NCBI GenBank assembly: GCA_965202665.1
Contig: OZ241841.1
Span: forward strand, 128,001-192,000
Reading direction: 5' to 3'
Origin: Candidatus Spongiisociaceae bacterium
GTDB lineage: Bacteria; Actinomycetota; Acidimicrobiia; Spongiisociales; Spongiisociaceae
Length of the DNA stretch: 64,000 bases
Shown: piece after piece, positions 1 to 9,303 of the stretch
Layout of the letters: every line of letters starts with the position of its first letter
How positions within the stretch are numbered: position 1 is the stretch's first letter
Made by a program: the position numbers and the translations under genes
Notes under the pieces: model-generated
The model's database searches: none
Told to the model about the DNA's origin: nothing
The model's input: only the letters and a program-made list of their open reading frames with translations

Positions 1-311
1 ATCCGGCCCGGGTCGGCCTCTTTCAAAGGCTTCAGTTGGCCCAGGTTGCCGTACAGCCGGTTGTCGGCGTTTTCCCGGATGGTGCAGGTGTTGATGAAAA
101 TCACATCCGCCGTTTCCATCCGGTCGGCGGGGGTCATGCCGTCCGATTCGAACAGGCCCGCCACCCGTTCGCTGTCATGCTCGTTCATCTGGCAGCCGAA
201 GGTGCGCAGGAAGTAGCGGCGCCCGGTGCGGGTGGGCGGGCGGGATTCGGCCCGTTCCGCGGCGGCGGGGGCCGGTCGGCGGCGGGGTTCGTCTAGAAAA
301 ACGGTGGTCAT
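1..311 (-). CDS. miaB: tRNA-2-methylthio-N6-dimethylallyladenosine synthase MiaB, 5' part (runs off window)
   Basis: Not in the ORF track. Manual translation from ATG 311 gives MTTVFLDE...[22 protein letters not shown]...[24 protein letters not shown], the MiaB UPF0004 N-terminus. GAGGA RBS upstream. Confidence 0.92.
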   Translation of the reverse strand, partial: MTTVFLDEPRRRPAPAAAERAESRPPTRTGRRYFLRTFGCQMNEHDSERVAGLFESDGMTPADRMETADVIFINTCTIRENADNRLYGNLGQLKPLKEADPGR

Positions 312-327
312 CGGCGGCGTTTCCTCG

Positions 328-1857
328 CTAACGGGCGTAGTCGGTGACACGCACTTCCCGAATCACCGTCACCTGAATGTGATTGGAGTAGCGCAGGTCG
401 TTTTCCATGCGGCGGGCCACCGAATGGGCCAGGTGGGCGGCGGCCAAGTCGTCCACCTCCCCCGGGTCCACCACTATCCTAACCTCCCGGCCGGCCTGCA
501 TGGCGTACACTTGCTCCACCCCGCTGAACTCCCGCACCAGCGACTCTATTCTTTCCAGGCGGCGCATATAGGATTGCGCGGTGTTGTTGCGGGCCCCCGG
601 ACGGGATGCGGACACGGTGTCGGCCGTCTGTACGATGATGGACAGCAAAGTTCGGGGCTCCACTTCGTTGTGGTGGGCTTCTATCCCGTGCACCACCGCC
701 GGGTCCTCCCCGAAGCGGCGGGCTATCTCGGCTCCGATCAGCGCGTGGGAACCCTGCACTTCGTGGGTGACCGCCTTGCCGATGTCGTGCAAGAAGGCGG
801 ACCTTTTCACATCGGCCGGGTCGATGCCCAGTTCGGCGGCCAGCATTCCGGCCAGGTGGGCGGATTCGATCAGATGGTTGAGCACGTTCTGCCCGTACGA
901 GGTGCGGTATTTGAGGCGGCCCAGCAGGGTGATCAGTTCGGGGTGTATTTGGGAGGCCCCCGCTTCCAGCACCGCCCACTCCCCGGCGTCCCGCACCGAC
1001 TGCTCCACTTCCGTCTGGGCTTTCTCGTAGGACTCTTCGATGGAGGCGGGGTGGATTCGCCCGTCGGCCACCAGGTTCTCCAAAGCGAGGCGGGCGATTT
1101 CCCGGCGGACGGGATCGAAGGAGCTGACCATCACCATTTCCGGCGTGTCGTCCACCACCAAGTTGACCCCGGTTACCGACTCGAACGCCCGGATGTTGCG
1201 GCCTTCCCGGCCAATGATGCGGCCTTTCAGTTCATCGTTGGGCAAGGACACGGCGGAAACGGTGGTTTCGGCGGTGACCGGGGCGGCCAAGCGTTCGATG
1301 GCGGTGGTGAGTATGCGACGGGCCCGGCGGTCGGCTTCCTCCCGCACCCGCAGTTCGGTTTCCCGGACCATCAACATCCCCTCCCGGCGGGTTTCTTCCT
1401 TGATTTGCTTGAGCAGTTCCTCTTTGGCGGCGGCGGCGTCCATGAGGGAAATCCGCTCCAGGCGGGCCCGGGCGTCGTGGCCTATCCGTTCCGCTTCCGA
1501 ACGCAGGTCGTTCGCTTCGGCTTCCCGGCGGGCCGCCATCTGCTCCCGCAAAGCCAGGTTGGAGGCCCGTTGCTCCAGGGTCTGCTCCCGTTGCGCCAAC
1601 CGGTCCTCGGAGGACGCCAACTCCATCCGCCGCTGATCCATCTCCGTCTGTCCCCGCTCCAGGTACTCGTCCACCCGGGCCCGCCCCTCGTCCTCGGCGC
1701 GGTCCATCAAACGTTGCGCCCGCCGCCGGGCCGCCGCCCCCGGATCCTCCAGCACGTTCCTCCGCACGCGCCGCGCCGCCGCCAGCGCCCAAAGCGACAA
1801 CCCCAGTATCGCCCCGCACGCCCCGACCGCAATCACCGACGTAAGACTGACTTCCAT
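328..1857 (-). CDS. rny: Ribonuclease Y
   Basis: N-terminal TM helix, coiled coil, KH motif [15 protein letters not shown] motif LHDIGKA. Start placed at ATG 1857. Confidence 0.96.
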   Translation of the reverse strand: MEVSLTSVIAVGACGAILGLSLWALAAARRVRRNVLEDPGAAARRRAQRLMDRAEDEGRARVDEYLERGQTEMDQRRMELASSEDRLAQREQTLEQRASNLALREQMAARREAEANDLRSEAERIGHDARARLERISLMDAAAAKEELLKQIKEETRREGMLMVRETELRVREEADRRARRILTTAIERLAAPVTAETTVSAVSLPNDELKGRIIGREGRNIRAFESVTGVNLVVDDTPEMVMVSSFDPVRREIARLALENLVADGRIHPASIEESYEKAQTEVEQSVRDAGEWAVLEAGASQIHPELITLLGRLKYRTSYGQNVLNHLIESAHLAGMLAAELGIDPADVKRSAFLHDIGKAVTHEVQGSHALIGAEIARRFGEDPAVVHGIEAHHNEVEPRTLLSIIVQTADTVSASRPGARNNTAQSYMRRLERIESLVREFSGVEQVYAMQAGREVRIVVDPGEVDDLAAAHLAHSVARRMENDLRYSNHIQVTVIREVRVTDYAR

Positions 1858-1964
1858 TACCTTCCCAAGTTTGGTCACCGCCCCGGCCCTCCGACCAAAG
1901 CACCCCCATCCTAACAAAACCCATTACCAAATTGAAACCGCCTTAGGATAAGGAAAGGAACCAG

Positions 1965-2993
1965 CTAATCCTCCGACCAGGAGAAAGGCAAAGAAGGAGA
2001 CATTTCCGTTACGTTACCAAAACATAGTCCACTCTCAATCTGCGGAGGTGGACTTCTATCAAAAAGTTCGTATCTTACGGTAGGGTGGGGAGGTTTTATG
2101 TCAGGGATGCCTATACCTTCCAAAGTATCCTGGCCTTTATTTGCCTGACGTATTATGTTAGCTTTAGCCTGCATCATAGGAATAATATTCCTAGAATAAG
2201 ATTCATATATGTATTCCATAATAAGATCACCGACGGGGTGGTCTGTTGCAAAAATTAATGTATAAATTGGTATATTGTTATCTCTTATCCCTAGCGCATG
2301 TGTTTTCTTATATTGCAATATTGTCTCTAGCCTTTTTCGATATAATTTGATCAATTCTTTTCTCATATTACTTGCATCCAAAAGGCCACTACGACGACGC
2401 TGATATATTGAAACCCAGTCCTCTGTCCCGTATACGCTATTTACTAAATCAATACTACTCTTTCCTTTCGCAACTTCAGCACCTATAACACGAAGCAGTG
2501 CTGGTTCAGGAAATAGTATGAATAACTCAATTTTAGGCTTACCTCTATCTTTCCATTTAGCTAATTTCTCCAAAGTTGCCCATTTAACTTGAAGTCCACA
2601 AGGATCAAGAAAAGCAATTGTAGGTGCTGATCTGTTCTTTATATACTCTAAACCCATATCAATTGTATTATTACAGTCTCCAGGCAACACCTTCCAATCG
2701 CGAACATTGTGAGATACGCTCGTCTGAATTGATGATCTCAGGACTTCCGCTTTATCTCGCTTTTCGAATAATGCTACACGCGTGAAAGTCGGCTCGACAT
2801 TAAAAGCGATCTGCGGCGAGCCGGGGAAGTATCCTTCCTCGTCACGCCTTTTATTACGATATGACCCAGCAAACAGATCAAGATATATCCTATCGCGGGC
2901 ACTTTTGCTAGCAATTGCAAATGGCCTTAGGTAATCCCATAGAATATCTATCTTGGTCTCTGACCACCAAGACCAATCTCTTTGCTCTGGCAT
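1965..2993 (-). CDS. tcmP: Three-Cys-motif partner protein (TcmP-like, SAM-binding fold)
   Basis: Motifs KIDILWDYL, YLDLFAGS, FLDPCG, ELFILF, YTLIFAT.H..G. Directly downstream of a DUF5131 gene. Visibly AT-rich. Confidence 0.82.
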   Translation of the reverse strand: MPEQRDWSWWSETKIDILWDYLRPFAIASKSARDRIYLDLFAGSYRNKRRDEEGYFPGSPQIAFNVEPTFTRVALFEKRDKAEVLRSSIQTSVSHNVRDWKVLPGDCNNTIDMGLEYIKNRSAPTIAFLDPCGLQVKWATLEKLAKWKDRGKPKIELFILFPEPALLRVIGAEVAKGKSSIDLVNSVYGTEDWVSIYQRRRSGLLDASNMRKELIKLYRKRLETILQYKKTHALGIRDNNIPIYTLIFATDHPVGDLIMEYIYESYSRNIIPMMQAKANIIRQANKGQDTLEGIGIPDIKPPHPTVRYELFDRSPPPQIESGLCFGNVTEMSPSLPFSWSED

Positions 2994-2999
2994 ATATCG

Positions 3000-3746
3000 T
3001 CACAACTTCCTTGCCGGTGGCATTTCGTTGTGGGTTTGGCCTTGGAGGGTGCGGCCGCCGGATTTGGGGGTGCGGCCGCCCCATTGTTTAAAGAAAAAGG
3101 GGACTTGGGCGGTATCGCACTGGTCGCGTAGGTCAGTAGCCCACTCTCCTTGCATGGGGCGGGCGCCGGGGCCGCTCTCCCCGCCTACGATCATCCAGTG
3201 GATGCCGTCTAGGTCAAGATTGGGTAGCGGTCCCAGCAACGGTTCGGCGCTTATGAACCTTACGGCCGCGTCCACTGTCCGCAGGTGGTCGATTCTGAAT
3301 TTGTAGCGGGCGGTTTCCACGCTCACGCCCATCCACAGGTTGGGCGGCCACGCCAGTTTCTGACCGAACCGGGCCAGGCGTTGGGAACGTTTGGTTAGCA
3401 ACTGGTACTGATGTTGCGGCGTGTCGGCTATCACCTCGAACACCCGGCGTATGTAATCGTCGGGCACGTCCTTGTGGAACAGATCGCTCATGGAGTCCAC
3501 GAAGATGGTGCGGGGCTTGCGCCAGGAACGGGGAATATCCAATGCGTCGGGATGCAATGTCATTCCAAAACCGGGTCCGCTGGTGCGGGGGTCGCCGTCG
3601 TTACGATACTTTGCCACCCCCATCGCTTGCAATCGCTTGGCCAATGTGAGGGCGTAGCAGTTGTCGCATCCCGGCGAGGTGCGGTCGCAACCGGTGGTCG
3701 GATTCCACGTTGCTTCCGTCCATTCTATGGCGCTCCTGTCAGACAT
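3000..3746 (-). CDS. DUF5131 (phage Gp37/Gp68) family protein with three-Cys motif
   Basis: SAIEWTEATWNPTTGCDRTSPGCDNCYA (CX6CX2C), FVDSMSDLFH, LLTKR, SAEPLLG, IVGGESG, FFFKQWGG. Confidence 0.92.
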   Translation of the reverse strand: MSDRSAIEWTEATWNPTTGCDRTSPGCDNCYALTLAKRLQAMGVAKYRNDGDPRTSGPGFGMTLHPDALDIPRSWRKPRTIFVDSMSDLFHKDVPDDYIRRVFEVIADTPQHQYQLLTKRSQRLARFGQKLAWPPNLWMGVSVETARYKFRIDHLRTVDAAVRFISAEPLLGPLPNLDLDGIHWMIVGGESGPGARPMQGEWATDLRDQCDTAQVPFFFKQWGGRTPKSGGRTLQGQTHNEMPPARKL

Positions 3747-4413
3747 TTTTCCCACTCCGCGCCCGCCCGCCATTAACTTCCAGGCCCCAGGCGCGCCAGC
3801 CTTCGACCTGTTGCCGGGCGAACAGCTCGATCTTCTTCTGTGCGGGAAACATTTGTTCGATGCGTTTGCGCACCTCGGCGGGTTTCTCCGAATGGGCGCC
3901 CCGTTTGTATCTCAAAAACTGGCGCACGTTGCGCGCCCCGCGCGGACTGGGAATTTTGCCGCGTTTGAAAACCAGGCACATCTCGCACTGGCTCATCGTG
4001 TAGAAGCCGGGGTTCACCCGTATCTTGTCCCACACGAATGCCACCGTCGCCCACGCAAAGCCCCATGTTTTGCCCAGGTCTATAGCCTGATCCAGGTGCG
4101 GGTTGGTGGCCCACATGAACAGCAGGCAGTCGTCCGCCGCGATGTCGGGCACGGCTAGGCCCTTCAAGTGGTCCAGCGTAACGGTCGGGTAGTGCCGCAT
4201 CGCTCCGCCCGTGTCCCGGTTGCCCGCTCCGGCATGTTGCAGTTGCCCTTTGTAATCCCAAGGCGGGTCGGCGTAGATGATGTCAAACTGGTCTTGCGGG
4301 AGAGCGGGGAAGCCGCCGGTGTCTCCGTTCCATATCTGGTCGAACTCGGCGCGGGTCAGTTGCCCGGGCTCCGCCTCCGTCGGCTGCAACGCCCCTTTAC
4401 CCGTGATGGTCAT
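3739..4413 (-). CDS. MT-A70 family (N6-adenine-type) methyltransferase
   Basis: IIYADPPW catalytic motif, HYPT, LFMWAT, FVWDK, HSEKP, KIELFAR. GGAGGG RBS before ATG 4413. Confidence 0.9.
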   Translation of the reverse strand: MTITGKGALQPTEAEPGQLTRAEFDQIWNGDTGGFPALPQDQFDIIYADPPWDYKGQLQHAGAGNRDTGGAMRHYPTVTLDHLKGLAVPDIAADDCLLFMWATNPHLDQAIDLGKTWGFAWATVAFVWDKIRVNPGFYTMSQCEMCLVFKRGKIPSPRGARNVRQFLRYKRGAHSEKPAEVRKRIEQMFPAQKKIELFARQQVEGWRAWGLEVNGGRARSGKNV

Positions 4414-4425
4414 TTTGTCCCTCCG

Positions 4426-4465
4426 CTTTCGTCCGGGGCGCATCCGGCGTCGCCCCGGACGAAAG
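4426..4465. promoter_or_regulatory. Perfect 15-bp inverted repeat (10-nt loop) between recA and the MT-A70 RBS
   Basis: CTTTCGTCCGGGGCG (4426-4440) / CGCCCCGGACGAAAG (4451-4465). No U-tract follows on the minus strand. Confidence 0.6.
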
Positions 4466-4500
4466 TCAGCATATATCCTCGGCTTGCCGCCAACCGGGGG

Positions 4501-5547
4501 TCAGGCGGGGGTTGGGGCGGGAGCTTCGGTTTGGGTTTGGTCTGTTTCGGGGGCGGGTTCGGGCGGGGGGTTGACCGAAGCCAGGACTTGGGCTTGGAGT
4601 TGCATGGCCACCTCCGGGTTCTCCCGCAGGAAAGCCTTGGCCTTCTCCCGGCCCTGACCCAACTGGTCGCCGTCGAAGGTGTACCAGGCGCCGCTTTTCT
4701 TCACGATGCCCTCCGCCACCGCCACATCCAGCAGGCTCCCCTCCCAGGAAATGCCTTTCCCGAACATGATGTCGAACTCAGCCACCCGAAACGGAGGGGC
4801 CACCTTGTTTTTCACCACCCGCGCCCGCACCCGGTTGCCGATCTGAACGCCCCCGTCCTTGATCGCCTCAATCCGCCGCACGTCGATCCGCACGCTGGAA
4901 TAAAACTTCAACGCCCGCCCACCCGGCGTCACCTCCGGCGATCCGTACACCACCCCAATCTTCTCCCTAAGCTGATTGATAAACACCGCCGTGGTGGACG
5001 ACCGGTTTATTCCCGCCGTCAACTTCCGCAACGCCTGCGACATCAACCGAGCCTGCAAACCCACATGGGTGTCGCCCATCTCCCCCTCAATCTCCGCCCG
5101 CGGCACCAACGCCGCCACCGAATCCACCACCACCACATCCAAGGCGTTGGAGCGCACCAGAATATCGGCTATCTCCAAAGCCTGCTCCCCGGTGTCCGGT
5201 TGCGACAGCAGCAGCTCGTCGGTGTCCACCCCCAATGCCTGCGCGTACACCGGATCCAACGCGTGTTCGGCGTCCACGAAAGCCGCCAACCCCCCGTTGC
5301 GTTGCGCCTCCGCCACCACATGCAAAGCCAACGTGGTCTTCCCGCTCGACTCAGGGCCGTACACCTCCACCACCCGCCCCCGGGGCACCCCCCCGATGCC
5401 CAAGGCGATATCCAAGGCCAAAGCCCCGGTGGAGATGTGCTCCACCCTCAAGTGGGTCCCCTCGCCCAACTTCATGATCGCCCCCTTGCCGAACTGCCGC
5501 TCAATCTGCGACATCGCCCCATCCAAAGCCTGACTCTTTTCCTTCAT
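4501..5547 (-). CDS. recA: Recombinase RecA
   Basis: GPESSGKTT Walker [33 protein letters not shown] before ATG 5547. Confidence 0.98.
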   Translation of the reverse strand: MKEKSQALDGAMSQIERQFGKGAIMKLGEGTHLRVEHISTGALALDIALGIGGVPRGRVVEVYGPESSGKTTLALHVVAEAQRNGGLAAFVDAEHALDPVYAQALGVDTDELLLSQPDTGEQALEIADILVRSNALDVVVVDSVAALVPRAEIEGEMGDTHVGLQARLMSQALRKLTAGINRSSTTAVFINQLREKIGVVYGSPEVTPGGRALKFYSSVRIDVRRIEAIKDGGVQIGNRVRARVVKNKVAPPFRVAEFDIMFGKGISWEGSLLDVAVAEGIVKKSGAWYTFDGDQLGQGREKAKAFLRENPEVAMQLQAQVLASVNPPPEPAPETDQTQTEAPAPTPA

Positions 5548-5643
5548 CGTACCATCTCCTTCAGTCTCCACGACGCAACCTGCGCCCACTCCGCCCGGAA
5601 CCAAACCCCGGCCCCGGTCGGCGTTTTCTCGCCTGTGGAGCAC

Positions 5644-5666
5644 AAGGTACGGACTGCCTGTGACAA
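5644..5666 (-). promoter_or_regulatory. Putative RecA-NDp / PafBC-type DNA-damage promoter (proximal recA promoter)
   Basis: Minus strand TTGTCA-CAG-GCAGTCCG-TACCTT fits the spacing of the mycobacterial tTGTCRgtg-N8-TAnnnT motif. Confidence 0.6.
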
Positions 5667-5837
5667 AAACGGGGGAGGGCCGTTTCCCGACCCGTGCCCG
5701 CTTTGCTTACTCTCCTTCCTTCCGCCCGTCGGCAGGCCGCACCCGCCTTAAATTACACGGATGTTTTCAACATCCCCGGCAATTCGTCCTCGCGCCCTTC
5801 GGCGACGTGAAACCAATATGCCAAATTTCCGCGGCGA

Positions 5838-5866
5838 ATACTACCCGAACGTATGTTCGGTTACAA
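5838..5866 (-). promoter_or_regulatory. Distal recA promoter with LexA (SOS) box in the spacer
   Basis: -35 TTGTAA, 17 nt, -10 TAGTAT. The spacer contains CGAAC-GTAT-GTTCG (5846-5859), the Gram-positive/actinobacterial LexA box. Confidence 0.85.
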
Positions 5867-5980
5867 GGATTTCGGTTCAGATGATGGCCTGGAAGGAGGC
5901 AAGGCCTTTGCCCGTATCCCGGAAACCTTTGTGGGGCAAGGGAATTCGTCGAGGAGGGGCGGTGCGGAACCCAGCGCGGA

Positions 5981-6580
5981 TTAGAGGGGGAAAGTTTCCA
6001 AAATTTCGTATCGGGCCGGTTTTCCGCCCAGGAAACTGCGGTACAGCGCCATCTCCCTCACCGTCATTTTGACGCCCAACCGGGCCTTGGCCGAGCCGGC
6101 TGGTTCGTCCCGGCCGACTGCGCCGGCCGCTCGCAGATCGGCGGGGGGGCGAATGCGGGCCAAAGTTACGTGCGGATGGAAGGGGCGTTCCTCCGGCGGG
6201 AGCCCGGCCGCCCGCGCCGCCTCCTCCGCTATCGCCGCCAACCGCTCCAAACCTTCCCGCCCTTCCTCCGCTCCCAGCCAGGCGACGGTCGCCCGGGACG
6301 GTTTCGGAAACGCCCCCAGCCCGCCCAACCTCGCGCTGAAAGGCGCGGGCTTTCCCGCCCGGTCCAAGGCGGCCAGCAGCCGCTCCGCAACCGGCCGCTC
6401 CACCTCCCCCGCGAAGCGCAGGGTGATATGGAAGTTTCCGACCGGAACCGGGCGGGCCGGGCCCGGCGAGGAGGAGGCGCCCGTCGGCAAACCCAGGCCG
6501 GAGCGCCATCGGTCGACGGCCATCTGAATCTCGTCGGGGACGGGGACGGCTGCGAACACCCGCAACCGGCCCTCACTCAT
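5981..6580 (-). CDS. thpR: RNA 2',3'-cyclic phosphodiesterase (2H family)
   Basis: Two HxT motifs (FHITLRF, PHVTLAR). Conserved cinA-thpR-recA order. Confidence 0.9.
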   Translation of the reverse strand: MSEGRLRVFAAVPVPDEIQMAVDRWRSGLGLPTGASSSPGPARPVPVGNFHITLRFAGEVERPVAERLLAALDRAGKPAPFSARLGGLGAFPKPSRATVAWLGAEEGREGLERLAAIAEEAARAAGLPPEERPFHPHVTLARIRPPADLRAAGAVGRDEPAGSAKARLGVKMTVREMALYRSFLGGKPARYEILETFPL

Positions 6581-7826
6581 CGGGCTTCCACCATTCCCCG
6601 ATCAGGGCCAGCCGCATCAACTGCAGGACGGCGGTGGCGGCGTAGGCCCGCACCCGTTCCCGGTCGCCGGGCAGTCGCAAAACCTTGGCGCGGACGTCCT
6701 GGGGGGTGCGCACCGCGACCACCACCGTCCCCGGCGGATGCTGCAGCGGCTCCGGGCCGGCCGAACCGGTCACCGCCGCCGCCGCGTCCGCCCCCAGCGC
6801 GCGGGCGGCCCCCTCCGCCATGGCCCGGGCGGTTTCCGGACTGACCGCCCCGTGCTCTTCCAGAACGGCGGGCGGTACACCCAACATCCCGATTTTCACC
6901 TGCGGGTGATAGGCGGCCACCCCGCCTCGGAACACCGCCGACGAACCGGGCGGTGCGCTCAACCGGGCGGCCACCATCCCCGAAGTCACCGACTCCGCCA
7001 CCCCGATCGTCCATCCCCGGCGGGCCGCCTCCTCCAAGATGATCCCTTCGATGGTCTGCTCGTCGGCGGCGAACACGGAGTTTCCCAGCCGGCGCCGCAC
7101 TTCGGCCTCCACCGGGGCGATCATCGCCCGGGCCCGCTCCTCGTCGGGGGCTTTGGCGGAAATGCGCACTTTCACCTCCCCGGCGGAGGCCAGATAGGCC
7201 AGGGACGGGTTGGCCCCCTCGTGGTAGATGTCGTCCAGGATTTCCGCCACCGCCGACTCGCCCCTCCCCCAGGTGCGCAACATGCGGCTCACCAGCGCCC
7301 CGCTCTCCCCCGACTCCGCGGCCAGGACGCCGACCGCGCCGTCCTCGAACATGCGGCGCATTTCGGCGGGCACTCCGGGCAGGGCGATGATCAGGATCCC
7401 CTCATGGCGGACCACCAAACCGGGGGCGGTGCCCCGGGAGTTGGGCAGCAGTTGCGCCCCCGCGGGATGTTCCGCCTGGCGGAGATTGTTGTCCGGGAAG
7501 GGACGCCCCAGTTTCCGCCAGCGGGCCGCCATTTCATCGGCGTATTCCCGGTTGTAAACCATTTCCAGTCCGGCGGCGGCGCAGATGGCCTCCCTGGTGG
7601 CGTCGTCGGGGGTGGGGCCCAGGCCGCCGGTGATCAGCACCGCGTCCGCCCGGGCGGCGGCGGCGCGGATGGCGTCCGTCATCCGTTGGTGGTTGTCGCC
7701 CACCGCCGTCTGATAGTGGGCGTCGTAGCCCAGCTCGGCCAGCCGGTCCCCCAGGTAGGCGCAGTTGGTGTTGACGGTCTGGCCCAGTAGCAGTTCGGTT
7801 CCCACCGCCACGATTTCCACGATCAT
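6573..7826 (-). CDS. cinA: Competence/damage-inducible protein CinA (MoCF-like domain + PncC domain)
   Basis: MIVEIVAVGTELLLG, GGLGPTPDD, LPGVPAEM, AESVTSG. True start at ATG 7826, within the longer ORF-track ORF. Confidence 0.93.
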   Translation of the reverse strand: MIVEIVAVGTELLLGQTVNTNCAYLGDRLAELGYDAHYQTAVGDNHQRMTDAIRAAAARADAVLITGGLGPTPDDATREAICAAAGLEMVYNREYADEMAARWRKLGRPFPDNNLRQAEHPAGAQLLPNSRGTAPGLVVRHEGILIIALPGVPAEMRRMFEDGAVGVLAAESGESGALVSRMLRTWGRGESAVAEILDDIYHEGANPSLAYLASAGEVKVRISAKAPDEERARAMIAPVEAEVRRRLGNSVFAADEQTIEGIILEEAARRGWTIGVAESVTSGMVAARLSAPPGSSAVFRGGVAAYHPQVKIGMLGVPPAVLEEHGAVSPETARAMAEGAARALGADAAAAVTGSAGPEPLQHPPGTVVVAVRTPQDVRAKVLRLPGDRERVRAYAATAVLQLMRLALIGEWWKPDE

Positions 7827-9238
7827 CAGGATCCTCCGCTCGCTTGGAAGGCGGGGGGCGGGGCGGCGGCTTGGATGACCGACAGCGTCCGGGCCGCCTG
7901 GTCGGTTTCGTAGGAGCCGGTGATTTCCGCCCGCACCCACTCCCCCGGCCGCCCCTCGTCCAGGCAAATCAGGCCGTCTATGTCGGGGGCCTGCCGGTGC
8001 GAGCGCCCCACCGGAACGCCGTCTTCCACCTGATCCACCAGCACCTCGTGTATTTCCCCCACCGCGGCCGCGTTGCGGTCGGCGGTGATGCGGTCTTGGA
8101 CGGCGGACAGTTCCCGGATGCGGGCCGCCGTCTCCTCCGGCTCCGCCCGGCCTTCCATTTCCACGGCGTCGGTGCCCGGTTCGGGGGAATAAGGGAAAAA
8201 CCCGGCCCAGTCCAACCGGGCTTCGGCCAGGAACCCGGCCAACTCGTCCACTTCGGCGGCGGTTTCCCCCGGATAGCCGACGATGAAGGAGGAACGCAGG
8301 GCGGCGGCGGGGGCGGCTTCCCGGATGCGCCCGATCAGTTTGAGGTGGCTGTAGGGGCTCCCCGGCCGGCGCATGGTCCGCAACAGGCGGCGGGAGGCGT
8401 GCTGCAGACTCAAATCGAAGTAGGGGGCGATGACCGGGTTGGCGGCCATCTCTTCGATGAGGGCGGGGCGGATTTCGGTCGGATACAGGTAGAGGAGGCG
8501 CAGGCGGCGCAGGCCGTCGACGTCGCTTATGAAACGGAGCAGGTCGACGATGGTATGGCCGGGCCGGGAGGCGGCGGTCAGATCCCGCCCGTAGGCGGCC
8601 AAATCTTGGGCGACCAGCACGATCTCCGACGCTCCCCCCTCCCCCAGGGAGGCGATTTCCCGGCGGATGTCGATGGGGCGGCGGGAACGTTGCGGGCCGC
8701 GGATGAGGGGGATGGCGCAGAAGGCGCAGGTTTTGTCGCACCCTTCGGCTATTTTCACGTAGGCGTAGGGCAAGGAGGGGGCGGGGCGGTTGGTCATTTC
8801 CAAAATGTCCATTTGCGGGCGGCGGGGGCCGAGGCGCACCGGCTCCCAGCCGGTCAGGCCGTCCAGCAGGCCGACCAGTTCCCCGTAGCGGTCCAGGCCG
8901 ACCACCGCGTCCGCCTCTTCGCGCAGGGCCTCCGTCAGTTCGGCCCCGAACCGCTGCGCCATGCATCCCATGACCACCAGGCGGGCCGAGTCGGTTTTGG
9001 CGGCGTGGGCGTCCAGAATGGTTTCCACCGATTCCCGCCGGGCGTCTTCTATGAAGGCGCAGGTGTTGATCATCACCACATCGGCGGTTTCCAGGTCGGC
9101 CCCGGCCCGGTAGCCGGCTTGGGCGAGCGCGGCGGCCACCTTGTCGGAGTCCACCTGGTTTTTGGGGCATCCCAGGGTGGTGATGTGCACGCGGGGGGCG
9201 AGGTCGGATTCGGCGGCGGCCGGGACGGGGAAGGGCAT
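7826..9238 (-). CDS. rimO: Ribosomal protein S12 methylthiotransferase RimO
   Basis: LGCPKNQVDS, NTCAFI, YVKIAEGCDKTCAFCAIP radical SAM motif, C-terminal TRAM-like region. Confidence 0.95.
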   Translation of the reverse strand: MPFPVPAAAESDLAPRVHITTLGCPKNQVDSDKVAAALAQAGYRAGADLETADVVMINTCAFIEDARRESVETILDAHAAKTDSARLVVMGCMAQRFGAELTEALREEADAVVGLDRYGELVGLLDGLTGWEPVRLGPRRPQMDILEMTNRPAPSLPYAYVKIAEGCDKTCAFCAIPLIRGPQRSRRPIDIRREIASLGEGGASEIVLVAQDLAAYGRDLTAASRPGHTIVDLLRFISDVDGLRRLRLLYLYPTEIRPALIEEMAANPVIAPYFDLSLQHASRRLLRTMRRPGSPYSHLKLIGRIREAAPAAALRSSFIVGYPGETAAEVDELAGFLAEARLDWAGFFPYSPEPGTDAVEMEGRAEPEETAARIRELSAVQDRITADRNAAAVGEIHEVLVDQVEDGVPVGRSHRQAPDIDGLICLDEGRPGEWVRAEITGSYETDQAARTLSVIQAAAPPPAFQASGGS

Positions 9239-9303
9239 GCCGGCCAGTCTAAATAGTTCAGCGGGGAATGCGGGGGCGGCGGCGGCGGCGGCGGCCGTCT
9301 CCC

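Noticed and set aside
226-1914. Long plus-strand ORFs antisense to real genes (e.g. 226-1914, 4168-5751, 23891-25927, 36468-38579, 41006-43624)
   Set aside because: Shadow ORFs expected in high-GC DNA opposite well-conserved genes; no recognisable motifs.
4414-4475. Hammerhead ribozyme (CTGA...stem...GAAA on the minus strand)
   Set aside because: Core reads CUGACUU, not CUGANGA, and the GAAA is paired in the stem.
6573-9170. Apparent 865-aa CinA fusion, and similarly extended ORFs for TrkH (32206), PBP2 (44080), the hydrolase (46279) and the DUF6036 partner (32658)
   Set aside because: The extensions are off-frame or antisense readings through neighbouring genes; the true starts are internal.
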